Below are positions 28,180 through 38,282 of a DNA stretch of 64,000 nt, in pieces. The notes below the pieces were generated by a model. That model was not told where the DNA came from. It did no database searches and saw only the letters and a list, made by a program, of their open reading frames with translations. Made by a program: the position numbers and the translations under genes. Position 1 is the stretch's first letter. Every line of letters begins with the position of its first letter. Location: NCBI GenBank assembly GCA_963809485.1, contig CAWEJX010000001.1, positions 320,001-384,000 of the forward strand, written 5' to 3'. This DNA is from an uncultured Acidobacteriota bacterium. GTDB taxonomy: Bacteria; Acidobacteriota; UBA6911.

Positions 28180-29175
28180 ATGGCTGTTCCCAGAACAATG
28201 TTGAGTTTTTTCAAGCTTGCCCTCACCCTGCTGCTTCTGTTTCTCGTTTTCCGCTCCGTCGATATTTCCAGGATCCGCGGGGATCTGCATGCATACGACC
28301 GCGTATCGTTGCTCCTGCTCCTGGTTCTTCTTTGGGCGGGCCAGCTTGTCTGTTCGGAGCGCTGGCGCATCTTTGCCGCATCCTTTCAAATGCGGGGAAG
28401 CTATCTGAGTTTCGTCCAGATGTATTTCACCGGTATGTTTTTTAACATAGGGCTACCCTCACTTATCGGGGGGGATGCGGTTAAAGCTTACATCGTCAGC
28501 AAAAAACACGGCCGGCCTCTGCAGGCAGGATTGGTTTCCGTCCTGCAGGACAGGGCCGTGGGACTGGTTTCGCTTCTCTTTTACGGAACTCTGGCGATCC
28601 TGTTTTGCCCGATCCGGTGGAGAGGCTTCCCTTTGTGGATGGCCTATTTTTTTTCCTGGGCAGCTTTCGGCATCTGTATCTGGGCGGTTTTGAAAGGCGA
28701 AAAATGGCACTCCCGGCTTGTCAAGCAGGGCCGTTCGACCCCCCTGCAGAATATGCTTCAAACCGTCGCGGGATTTCATCGGGATCTGGGGACCTGCCGC
28801 CTGCGGCCGGCTGAAATTTCCTGGATTTCTTTTTATTCATTGCTGAACTCGGCTTTGGTTTTGTGGATCTTCCGGCAGGTGACCGTAGCGGCGGGTCACG
28901 AGGTGCCTATCGTTAGTTTTTCGGCGCTGTATCCGCTCGTCACGCTCGCAACCATGCTCCCTATAACACTCGGCGGGCTGGGCGTGCGCGAGTGGTTTTA
29001 TGTCGAAGCACTGTCTCTCGTGGGAATCCCGGGAGCCCCTGCTCTGGTAATTTCTCTTGCCACATCGGCGCTGATTCTGCTATGCAATCTTGCCGGCTTG
29101 TTTTTTTTGCCCGGCATCCCGATCGATTTTCGGCTTCGGGCCGGGAATCCATCGACGGATAGCGGCCGCCCTTGA
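28180..29175 (+). CDS. Lysylphosphatidylglycerol-synthase TM / flippase-like (UPF0104) membrane protein
   Basis: Multiple TM segments, FFNIGLPSLIGGDAVK, QDR, LPITLGGLGVRE; start uncertain. Confidence 0.85.
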   Translation: MAVPRTMLSFFKLALTLLLLFLVFRSVDISRIRGDLHAYDRVSLLLLLVLLWAGQLVCSERWRIFAASFQMRGSYLSFVQMYFTGMFFNIGLPSLIGGDAVKAYIVSKKHGRPLQAGLVSVLQDRAVGLVSLLFYGTLAILFCPIRWRGFPLWMAYFFSWAAFGICIWAVLKGEKWHSRLVKQGRSTPLQNMLQTVAGFHRDLGTCRLRPAEISWISFYSLLNSALVLWIFRQVTVAAGHEVPIVSFSALYPLVTLATMLPITLGGLGVREWFYVEALSLVGIPGAPALVISLATSALILLCNLAGLFFLPGIPIDFRLRAGNPSTDSGRP

Positions 29176-29230
29176 GAGGACAGGGCATCGAATGTCCTGG
29201 GAGTGATATAATTTGAAAAACAGGTTTACT

Positions 29231-30685
29231 ATGGATAACTCAAACGAAGAACGCCTGAAGATTGCAGTGTTCATCGATTTCGACAACATTGCGATCGGTG
29301 TAAAACAATCCCTCAACCGCAACTTTGATGTCGGCACCGTCCTCGAGGCGATCAAAGAAAAAGGTGAGGTAGTGACAAAAATCGCATACGGGGACTGGAA
29401 ACGCGCGGAGGATTTCAGCCGGGCCATGACCCAGCATGCCGTCCAGATGGTGCAGCGGAATCTCACGCCGGGTGGCGATAAAAACGGGGCCGATATCGCT
29501 CTCGCGCTGGACGCTCTCGAGATGGCCTTCACTCGCGACCATATCAATGCATTTGTCATCGTGGGCGGAGACAGCGACTTCATAGCGTTGGTTGAAAAGC
29601 TGAAGCAATACGACAAAACGGTTTTCGTGGTCGGAGGACGCGCGTTCACAAGCGTCATCCTTCAGAAAAACTGCCACGAGTTCATCTCCTATGAAAACCT
29701 TGTCGGCATTCACACAGGGGCCCGGAAGGCTTCCGGCAAATCCCAGGGTTCCAGCACCTCGTCCCTGGGGAATGCCCTCCCGATTATCCGCAGAGCTCTC
29801 AAGATCCTCTCCGACCGCGAGGTGTCGCCGCAACTGGGATTGCTGAAAAGCACCCTGCTCCAGCTCGATTCGACTTTTTCGGAAAGAGACTATGGAGTCA
29901 GCAGCTTCCGCGATTTCATCCAGAAACTGGCGGACGCCGGACATGTCCACCTGAAACAGGTTGACCGGAGCCTCCTGGTCGAACTCAAAGAAACCGAGGA
30001 AGCGCAAAGGGAAAGGGATGATGCGGAACCCCCCGCAGCCGCACCGGAGCCTTCGCCCGAACCTGCCGCGGCGGCCCCGGAACAACCGGCGAGCTCAGCC
30101 CAGGCATCCGAGGCTATCCGTGTTTTGCAGGACCTCCTCCGGGAATCGAGATTCAAACCACACTGGCCGATGTATTTGCGGACTTTCAAGCAGCTGTTGA
30201 GATCCCTGCAACCGCCCTTCGATGAACACCAGTACGGCTTGTCGAGCACTTACGACCTGGTCCGACAGGCCCAAAAAGACGGGCTTCTCCGCGTCGAACG
30301 CAACCGGCAGGGGATCCTGCGCATCTTCCCGGCCGAAAGGTATCCCAAGCCCTCTCAGGAACAGCCTTCAGAAGAGCAGGCCCCCGTTGAATCGATCCAG
30401 TCCGAATTGGATATGTCAGTTTCGGAAACCGAGAGGCCGATGCCGGAAGCCGTCGGGCCTCTGCCGGAGCCTCCTGCAGAGGCCGCTGAGCCCATTGCGG
30501 CAAAGGAGACAGCCGCCGAAATTCTGCCGGAAGAGGTTAAGCAAACGCCGGCGCAGAAGCCGAAAACAAGGCGCAGGAAGACAGCCTCAACAGCTTCTGC
30601 GAAATCCGGGAAAGGCAAGAAGCGCAGGACGAAGCCTGCGAAAGAAAAAACGAAGGAAAGTCCAAAACTGCCGCGAATGGATTAG
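29231..30685 (+). CDS. NYN (LabA/DUF88) PIN-like domain protein with two OST-HTH/LOTUS domains and low-complexity tail
   Basis: VFIDFDN, KNGADIALALD, GGDSDF; LOTUS-like FSERDYGVSSFRDF and FDEHQYGLSSTYDL. Confidence 0.88.
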   Translation: MDNSNEERLKIAVFIDFDNIAIGVKQSLNRNFDVGTVLEAIKEKGEVVTKIAYGDWKRAEDFSRAMTQHAVQMVQRNLTPGGDKNGADIALALDALEMAFTRDHINAFVIVGGDSDFIALVEKLKQYDKTVFVVGGRAFTSVILQKNCHEFISYENLVGIHTGARKASGKSQGSSTSSLGNALPIIRRALKILSDREVSPQLGLLKSTLLQLDSTFSERDYGVSSFRDFIQKLADAGHVHLKQVDRSLLVELKETEEAQRERDDAEPPAAAPEPSPEPAAAAPEQPASSAQASEAIRVLQDLLRESRFKPHWPMYLRTFKQLLRSLQPPFDEHQYGLSSTYDLVRQAQKDGLLRVERNRQGILRIFPAERYPKPSQEQPSEEQAPVESIQSELDMSVSETERPMPEAVGPLPEPPAEAAEPIAAKETAAEILPEEVKQTPAQKPKTRRRKTASTASAKSGKGKKRRTKPAKEKTKESPKLPRMD

Positions 30686-30811
30686 GAATCGATCAAGAGA
30701 ACGCCGGGCCACGGATTGCACGGATCAGCGGATGCTCGCGCATCCGGGCTTGATCTCAGGCAATACTCACCGATTTCCGGAAATTATGTTCCATCGCTCG
30801 AGGGATTTCCT

Positions 30812-31024
30812 ATGAACTGGGAGTGGATCTCCGAAAAAGGCACGAGCTTGATGGCCGGCATTGCCGGGCTTTTTTTTATCGCTGTGGCGTTGCTGGACAG
30901 CCGGTATCGATACTTTTTCCTGTGCGCAGCCGTCATCGCTTTCTACTGTGCCTATAGGCAGTACAAAAAGCGCGACACCCCCTTTGAGAAGCATGAAAGG
31001 GAGATTCGACGCAAGCGTTTGTAG
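30812..31024 (+). CDS. Small two-TM hypothetical membrane protein (70 aa)
   Basis: MNWEWISEKG... two hydrophobic helices and a basic tail; GAGGG upstream. Confidence 0.6.
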   Translation: MNWEWISEKGTSLMAGIAGLFFIAVALLDSRYRYFFLCAAVIAFYCAYRQYKKRDTPFEKHEREIRRKRL

Positions 31025-31036
31025 CGGAGGGGGAAA

Positions 31037-31065
31037 GGGGGTAAAAGAGTCTTCCCTTTACCCCC
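31037..31065. terminator. Hairpin between convergent genes
   Basis: GGGGGTAAA...TTTACCCCC inverted repeat; no clear U-tract. Confidence 0.4.
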
Positions 31066-31091
31066 CCGGGGACCCACCGCGGGCGAAGCGG

Positions 31092-32606
31092 CTACTTGGT
31101 GCGCCGGTTGATCATGATCAGCATATTCTTGGCGCTTTCCAGCTTGGCCTCGTCCTTGCCGGTCTCAACGTATTTTGTCAGCAGTTCCTTGGTGCGGCTG
31201 TCTTTTTCTTTGCCATCCGCATAGTACATCTGCCCAAGATCGAAATAGGCATCCGAATTATCCGGATTTACTTTCAGAAGCCGCTCCAATGCGGCTTCAG
31301 CGAGCTGAGGCTGTTTGTTCTTGGAGCTCGCCGCCAATGCGAGCAGGGTTTGTTCCGGGCTTTGGGATCCTGCCGCCTTCGGATCTGCCAGCACTTCAAC
31401 CGCTTCGTCGTATTTCTTGCCGTCCAGGTAATATTGCGCAAAGGAGTTGCGGTATTCGCTTGCTTTATCGGCGGGAGCAAGCTCGATCGACTTTTTGAAC
31501 GCAGCCACAGCGGCGTCTTCCTGATTCAGCTTGGCATGCGCACGGGCCATCTGCCGCCACAGCGGCGATTGCTTGTCCTGCGCCACCAGGGCTTTGGATT
31601 CCTCATATTTTTTGAGCGCGCCCGCGGCGTCTCCATCCTGAAGCAGCTTGTTCCCTTCGTTCATGAAGGTCTGGGCCTTGTCCAGAACCATGCCTTCTTT
31701 CCTGGCATTAATCTGAGCTTTCAGGTCGGTGTATGCTTTTTCCGTCGGTTTCAGTTTGAGGGCATTTTCCAGAGACGCCAGCGCCTCGTCAAACTGCTTG
31801 GCGTTCGTCAGCGCAATGGCAAGATTGGCATGATATTCGGAATTGTTCGGATCGGATTTGACGGCTTCCTTGAACTGGACAACGGCCTCGTCATATTTCT
31901 GCTGCCTGAGGGCGGATTCCCCCCTGAGCGCCGGCATTCTCTTGAGCAGCTGCTGTGCGTTTTGACTCATCTGTTCGTAGGGATTCGGACCGTTGGGATT
32001 CGGCGACGGCAGAGTCAAATACGCGCTCGAAAGCTCGATTGTCCTTTTCAGCATCTCAATGCCCTGATCGAATTTTGACTGCTGCAGATAGGCGACCGAC
32101 AGGTAATAAACGGCATCGGGGTTGGAGGAACTAATCTCGACCGACTGAAGAAACAATTTCTCGGCATCCGCGAATTTGTTCTGCTTGTAGCTTTCAAGCC
32201 CCTGCCTCAGCAGATCGAACGCCCGGTTCTCCTCTGCCGGATCCTCGAAATGAAGTTTCTTGTCCGCGCCGGGAGCGAACTTGAGCGTTATGGTTTGCGG
32301 GCCTCCGCTGACCATCGCGAACTCATAAAGTGCAGGAACAAAACCCTCCTTGCGCCCCACAATTCTATAGGCTCCATCCTCAATTTTCCCGAAATCGGCG
32401 ATCCCCTGGGCGTCCGACTTCTTGTCCTTGGCTTTCTGGCTTTTAAGCTGAACCGCTACAACCTTGACACCCGGCACAGGATTTCCTGAGGCATCCGCGC
32501 ACTTCACTTGAAGCGTGCCGTTTTCAGCGAAAGCCGGGAAAGCAGCAAACAGCATTGAAAAGGAAATGAAACAGACACAAAAAGCTTTCCAGCATCCTAT
32601 TTTCAT
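31092..32606 (-). CDS. Exported TPR protein with N-terminal carboxypeptidase-regulatory-like domain
   Basis: Signal peptide ending AFA, DASGNPVPGVKV beta-sandwich, many TPR repeats. Confidence 0.85.
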   Translation of the reverse strand: MKIGCWKAFCVCFISFSMLFAAFPAFAENGTLQVKCADASGNPVPGVKVVAVQLKSQKAKDKKSDAQGIADFGKIEDGAYRIVGRKEGFVPALYEFAMVSGGPQTITLKFAPGADKKLHFEDPAEENRAFDLLRQGLESYKQNKFADAEKLFLQSVEISSSNPDAVYYLSVAYLQQSKFDQGIEMLKRTIELSSAYLTLPSPNPNGPNPYEQMSQNAQQLLKRMPALRGESALRQQKYDEAVVQFKEAVKSDPNNSEYHANLAIALTNAKQFDEALASLENALKLKPTEKAYTDLKAQINARKEGMVLDKAQTFMNEGNKLLQDGDAAGALKKYEESKALVAQDKQSPLWRQMARAHAKLNQEDAAVAAFKKSIELAPADKASEYRNSFAQYYLDGKKYDEAVEVLADPKAAGSQSPEQTLLALAASSKNKQPQLAEAALERLLKVNPDNSDAYFDLGQMYYADGKEKDSRTKELLTKYVETGKDEAKLESAKNMLIMINRRTK

Positions 32607-32988
32607 GGCGAATCTCGTTGATTTTTTGTTTGTAAAAAGCAAAGCCTGCCTCTTTTCGGCAGGCGCCGACGAAGCTTTGTTTCCGGTGAACTCCAAGCCA
32701 GCCCGCACTTGCCCACACCCCCGATTGGCCCCATAGACATTACACGCAACAGGCCGATCTTGCAACTAATGATCGCAGCGGCAGGCAAAGGTTGCACAAA
32801 TTCCAAAAAAGTCCTCAATCCAGGCTGCAGCGAAGCGCGCACGAGCCAGGCAGGCCCCCCAATCAGCATTGAGCCGGTACATTCCCAAAGCCGCAAGCAT
32901 TTCAATCCCGCGACCTCCGCGTCCCTGCATAAGTCTCAGGAATATAGTGCTTTGCCTCGCCGGGAATTGCGGCTCGTTACCTCCTTTG

Positions 32989-35225
32989 CTAAGGGATTTT
33001 CACAACAAGCCTGGCGGTTCCGGTGTTGCCGTCCCCGTCGCTGGCACGGATTCCGATCAGGTGTTCTCCCGTTGAAAGCTCAGAAGTCGCTATTCTGTAT
33101 TCCTCCTGGATCGAGTCGGCGATCCCATCCACGGGAAAGACCAGGAACCACTCGCCGCCATCGATGGAGAACTCGGCCGTAGTGATTCGTCCGGTGAGCA
33201 CCCGTGCCCGGAATTGTGCCTCAACTCTCTTCCCGCTTGTTCTGTTCTCCATGATTTCAACCAGAGGGGTGGCATTGGCAACCACAAACGGGTCCGAAAC
33301 GAGCTCGCCGATGAGGTATTTGTCGTAAGGGTTCGCGGGCGCATCGCTCGCCACAACCTTCAGCCGGTATTGCCATCGGGCAAAGCGGCCGCATTCAAAG
33401 CATAGAAGGAATCGGTGAGCTTTTTCTCAAGCAGTTTCCAGTCCGATTCCACTTCGCCTCTGAAATAAAGCGCGTACTCCAGGGAGTCGTCATTATCGTC
33501 GGTCGCTTTCCAGGTGAAGGATTGGGCTCCCGGCTGAAGGACTTGACGAGGAGCCATGGGCTGCCTCTCCCTTCCCCGTTCCCGCGGGGCATTCAGCGAG
33601 CGTCCGTCCGGGCCGGTGGAAGGGGTGTAAAGCGTCAGCCCCCCCGCAGCCAGCGACGGTTGCTTCTGAAGCTCAATTCCATAAGGCAGCACCTCAATGC
33701 TGGTCACCTGAGGCCTCAGGTTTTGCTGTAAATAGGCCACCTGGACCTGTTCCAACATATCGGCCACGGCGCTGGAAGCCGCGCCGGCACTGTTTTTGAA
33801 TGTTGCACGCCATTGCAGGTAGCGCGCCCGGGGACTGGTTATCTGCTGTCCGGGGCCGCTATAGGCCGGGCTCCAGTCGCTCCAGGAGCTGTCCGCCTTA
33901 TCGGTGTTGCCCGTCCTCGTGGAGAGCTCTACCGTCGCTCCCGAAGGATTGGCAATCCGCCACGAAATTTTCCCCCAGGAGGCAACCGTTTTGGCATCCA
34001 GGGCGCTGGATTCATAGGCGCCTGCCTGGGCCCTTTGCGTCCGTAGCTTGTATACCTTGCCCTGGTTGCTGCTGCTGATGTAGACAGCATCTCCGTCCGC
34101 CAGCAGGCGAGTCAAATCTTCATCGGGAGTGTCCGAAACTACGGTCACCTGCTTGGCGGCATCAATGGAGAAGAGCCGGCCCTTGGGGCCCGCCGCAACC
34201 ATCAGGGATGAATCGCCGCGCACCATCGCGTCAAAGACTGTCTGTTCGTTGGAGCTGTAGACCGTCTCTATGCTTCCATCCTTTGTTATGGCATACACGG
34301 CCGATTTGGCGCCTGCGGATTCCTTCTCTCCGCCGGGTGCCGTGACAACCTTTGTCTCCTTTGCTTTTTCTGCAATCCCCAGCACGGATTCCATCGTGAC
34401 CGTGGCCGAGGAAGCTGTCGTGCCGGGGGCCGATACGGCCGATGGTTTGGGCGCCGGCAGCATATCCACTCCTCTGGCGGAAGCAGCGATAGCGTAGATA
34501 GTGCCGAATCGGTCCATCGTCAGGGAGCGGATTTCCTCAAGGGGAGCATCCATCAGGGCGAATCCCTTTCCTGACGGCGTGATTTCCATGATCAGTCCCG
34601 CGGGCGAGGTCCCGGCCAACAGACTGTTGTTGCTTCCCTTTGCCAGGCACACCACATGATTGTCGCCGCACGTATAAAATGCTGATTTCGCCCCGCTCTT
34701 GTCAACTTTGTAGACGACTCCACTGGCACCCGTTGCAACGTAGAGACTGCCTGCGTCATCAAAAATCAACGACCATATATATTTGCTTTCTGGATTGCAG
34801 AAATCGGTCGCCTGGCCGGGCCCCGTTACCTTGTAGACTTTTCCATCGGGTGAAGTCCCGACATAGAGCGTGTCGGAAGCGTCCAGCGCCATGGCGAAAA
34901 CATTCAGTTCCTTGGCCTGGAAATACAGGCTTCCCTTTCCCTGCGGATCAACCTTGAACACTTTACCCTCATCGCCCGTGCCGATGAAAAGATTGCCCGC
35001 CTTGTCGCGCACCATGGAAAAAACGTAGGATTGGCCCGTGTCATAGACCAGATCGTATGCGGGCGCCGGATATATCTTCCCGTCGGGTGAAAGAGACACA
35101 CGGTCGAACCTGCCCCTGAGCAGTTCCGCTTGCGTAAAATTTTCCCAGAATTGCGGAGTGACGCCCCAGACAGCCATGGACAGGACGAGCAAAACAGGCA
35201 GCAAAACAGGCTTTCGATATCGCAT
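32989..35225 (-). pseudogene. Exported beta-propeller / Ig-like protein interrupted by a 1 nt frameshift near 33370 (pseudogene or assembly error)
   Basis: First frame ends LPDGNTG*; the second frame reads YRLKVVASDAPANP, so adding one base in GGC AA TAC restores a single ORF. Confidence 0.75.
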
Positions 35226-35364
35226 GATGTCTCCCAGTAACTGTGTTTCCGCAAACCGGCTGCGGGCCGCAGGTGCCATGGGCATACCGCACCTCGCGGC
35301 TTTCGTCCTGCGGCCAGATGTCGACGCAAGAGCGCAGGCAAATGGGCGCACTGCAAAGAGCAGG

Positions 35365-37215
35365 TCAAGGTTTTATCACGAGTCTCAAAATTTTTGCGCC
35401 TTCAATCATGAAGTCCGACGGCGGCAGCTCATATTCCAAAAGCGTGGAAGTACGAATCGAGGTGATGGCCCCGGCCTTGCGCTCCGATTTCAGTATGGAA
35501 AGATAGGACGGGGGCAGGCCGGGCATACCTTCCCCTTTAACCAGCACCCCGGGTTCCTGCCGGTAAAATCGAACATAGAGCCGGTCATTCTTCCGAATAT
35601 TGTTGATAAACCTTATGAGTTGCGTGAGGTCGCGCGGGACCAGGATGTCTCCTTCTTCCTTGTCCTCCAAGGACATGATCGCCGTTCCGTCGGCAACCAG
35701 CATCAGCATCGGCCCCGGAGAAGCATTCTCCGGGATCTTGACCGGATAGGTTTCGCGCAGCGACTCCCCGTTCGCTTTCTTGCAGGAAATTGCCAATTCC
35801 AGGGATTCGCCGGCTTTCACCTCGGTGCGGCTGAAACTGATGGAGTCCAGCATGGCCGCCTGATCCGTCTCCTGAGCCGAGATTTCGAGATCGATATTTT
35901 CAAGATCCAAATTCCTATAGCCCGCAGCCATCAGGTAATTGACCGGCACCGCGACGGACAGCGACGCGTCGGAGGGTGCGCCGCCGGTCGAGGAAAAGCG
36001 GTTGTTGACCTCTATCGGCAGTTGGTTCTTGATGTGAATCTTCCCTTTGACCCTCAGGGTCGTGAATCCCTGGGCGCGCTCTGTCGCGACAATGGTGTTG
36101 TAAACCGTGAGGTTGATCAGAAGAGGCGTAAGCAGAGGGTCGCGGGCCAGTTCGTATTTTAAATCCCTCCGGACTCCCCGGCTCGTCGTCAGATGCACAT
36201 TCAGCGGGACCATGCGCGGCATATCCCCGAGAATGCCGTAAATTCCCATTCCCCTGTCCTGGCGGATGGTTCCGGCCTGCTCGCCCGTTTCAAGGATCTT
36301 GAAGGAACTCTCAAGGCTCGGGAATACCGTGATGGCCCGTGCCTTGTGCATGGGCAGTTCCGTGAAACCGAGTTCCAACAGACTGTGGCCGAAAGCGTAA
36401 ACTTTGTTGCCGTCCACATGCGTGACCGTGCCTCCGGCGGAAACATCCAGATCGCCCCGGACCAGAGGAACCACGATATTGGAGCCGGGCTCGAGGGGCG
36501 AATCCTCGGGCTGCCGGGCAGATCGGGAGGCTGGTGAAGGTTTCGAGCCTCCTGTTCCCTGCAACAACGAAAGCCCCATGGCTCGAAGCCGCGGGGCAAA
36601 GGCGTCCAGAGTCGCAGGATGCAGTCCGCCCAGGCTGAGCGGCGTGGCAATGGGCACCAGTGCATGACCCCCGAAGGCGGCAAGGGCCGGCTGTTTTTTG
36701 AGGTCGCCTGTCTGTAGGCGCAGATCCTTGACGCCGTATCTGCCGCCGGAAGGAGGCATAGGTAAATTTTGGAGATCGCTTTTTTTGATAACGCCCTTGG
36801 CTCCGGAAGTCGGATCAGCCGGTTCATCGAACGTTTGAACCATCTGCGTGATGGGCGTAATTCCGCAGATTGGCTCCTTGGCGAATGTATAGGAAAAGGC
36901 AATGGCGCCCAGAAGCTTGCCGTCAATAAACACGGGGCTGCCGCTCATTCCTTCGAAGACGCCCGTCTTGTCGAGCATCTCGCCGCTGAGCCGGGCGAGG
37001 ACCGCGCTGGCACCGGGATTTATGCCGTGAAGAATCCCAAGGATTTCCACCTGGAATTCCTGCGGCGTTGTCCCTTGAAAGCAGGTCCTGCCTGTCCCTC
37101 TCATACCCGGCCGGAGGTCTTCAATCCTAAAAAATTCAGTCTTTGCCCAAAGCGCCGAAAGGGAGAGCAGCATCCATGAAACAGTCAGAGCCGCTGCCCG
37201 GAACCATCTTTTCAT
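35365..37215 (-). CDS. SpoIVB peptidase S55 domain protein, exported
   Basis: Signal peptide, LRPGMRGTGRT, GMSGSPV, GTVT...AFGH. Confidence 0.88.
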   Translation of the reverse strand: MKRWFRAAALTVSWMLLSLSALWAKTEFFRIEDLRPGMRGTGRTCFQGTTPQEFQVEILGILHGINPGASAVLARLSGEMLDKTGVFEGMSGSPVFIDGKLLGAIAFSYTFAKEPICGITPITQMVQTFDEPADPTSGAKGVIKKSDLQNLPMPPSGGRYGVKDLRLQTGDLKKQPALAAFGGHALVPIATPLSLGGLHPATLDAFAPRLRAMGLSLLQGTGGSKPSPASRSARQPEDSPLEPGSNIVVPLVRGDLDVSAGGTVTHVDGNKVYAFGHSLLELGFTELPMHKARAITVFPSLESSFKILETGEQAGTIRQDRGMGIYGILGDMPRMVPLNVHLTTSRGVRRDLKYELARDPLLTPLLINLTVYNTIVATERAQGFTTLRVKGKIHIKNQLPIEVNNRFSSTGGAPSDASLSVAVPVNYLMAAGYRNLDLENIDLEISAQETDQAAMLDSISFSRTEVKAGESLELAISCKKANGESLRETYPVKIPENASPGPMLMLVADGTAIMSLEDKEEGDILVPRDLTQLIRFINNIRKNDRLYVRFYRQEPGVLVKGEGMPGLPPSYLSILKSERKAGAITSIRTSTLLEYELPPSDFMIEGAKILRLVIKP

Positions 37216-37249
37216 AAGGACCCGACCTTTCAAAAAGTGAAGTATATCA

Positions 37250-37406
37250 GAATTACGAATGACGAATGACGAATGACGAATTGAAACATTCCTGCTTTAG
37301 TTCAAACAAGTCACTGTACGAATTTCTCCGAATTTCGAGCTAGAAGGATCGTCAATCCATCGTGTATGTTTTCAATTCGTCATTCGTAATTCGTTATTCG
37401 TCATTT
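37250..37406. repeat. Inverted pair of heptamer (GAATKAC) tandem arrays forming a long hairpin
   Basis: gaattacgaatgacgaatgacgaatgacgaattgaaa ... tttcaattcgtcattcgtaattcgttattcgtcatt. Confidence 0.8.
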
Positions 37407-37465
37407 GCGGTTTGAGGTTTGTCAATTCGCTTGCTATTCCCATTCTGCTGGCCTAATTTCTTTTC

Positions 37466-38119
37466 GTGATCTCAAACGACCTGTGTGCGGTTATCCTGGC
37501 CGGCGGACGCAGCCGCAGGATGGGCGTCAATAAAGCCTTGCTGAAGGTCGGCGGCCAGCCGCTCATTCAAAAACTCATCGACCGGGTGCTTCCACTCACA
37601 TCCCGTATTCTCATATCCTCCAACGATGAGGCCAGTTACGGGTTTCTCAATTTGCCGGTTGTTCCGGACTGCTTTATGGACCGGGGACCCCTGGCCGGCA
37701 TCCACGCGGCCATGAAGCAAAATGCCTGCTCCCTCTACATTGTGCTCGCATGCGATTTACCCAACCTGCGGGACCAGATTCTCCCGAGATTCCTTGAGAT
37801 CGCCGAGGGCTTTGACGGCGTCATTCCCCGCACCAGGGACGGCGTGGCTCATCCTTTATGCGCGATATATCGACGATCCTGCCTCCCTGTCATTGAACAC
37901 GCACTCGAGCGGGGGGGTAGCAAGGTAATTGAGGCCTTTCTTGACGCCAGTCTGTCCATCCGGTGGGTAGATCCGGACGAAGGCCTCTTTCTTGATGCCG
38001 ATCTGGCTAACATCAACACTCCAGAGGATTTACATCGGCTCAGTAGCAGCTCCAGCGAGCCAATGCGCAAAAGCTCTATATGTAGTAGTCCCTCCCCAGA
38101 TAACCCCGATATATTGTGA
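37466..38119 (+). CDS. mobA: Molybdenum cofactor guanylyltransferase
   Basis: ILAGGRSRRMG.NKALL, GPLAGI, ACDLP, HPLCAIY, NINTPED. Confidence 0.93.
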   Translation: MISNDLCAVILAGGRSRRMGVNKALLKVGGQPLIQKLIDRVLPLTSRILISSNDEASYGFLNLPVVPDCFMDRGPLAGIHAAMKQNACSLYIVLACDLPNLRDQILPRFLEIAEGFDGVIPRTRDGVAHPLCAIYRRSCLPVIEHALERGGSKVIEAFLDASLSIRWVDPDEGLFLDADLANINTPEDLHRLSSSSSEPMRKSSICSSPSPDNPDIL

Positions 38120-38282
38120 TTTTTCTTGGTTGCTGCAGAACGGCTATGCTATAGTGGGGGTCGTATTTCAGAACCTCTGAAATGGGCCCTAAGTATTTGA
38201 AAACACTCAGCTGCAGTGGGATTTCTGGCGCCCGCACCCGATGGTATGGGTTTCTTTTGGCGCAGGGTTCGGAGTTTCAGGA

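Noticed and set aside
32630-32700. Riboswitch or attenuator upstream of the TPR gene (hairpin GCCTGCC-N7-GGCAGGC with U-rich tail on the minus strand)
   Set aside because: Only a single hairpin with no recognisable aptamer; cannot be distinguished from an ordinary terminator.
37250-37406. Possible CRISPR array
   Set aside because: Units are contiguous 7-mers in inverted arrangement, with no repeat-spacer structure and no cas genes.
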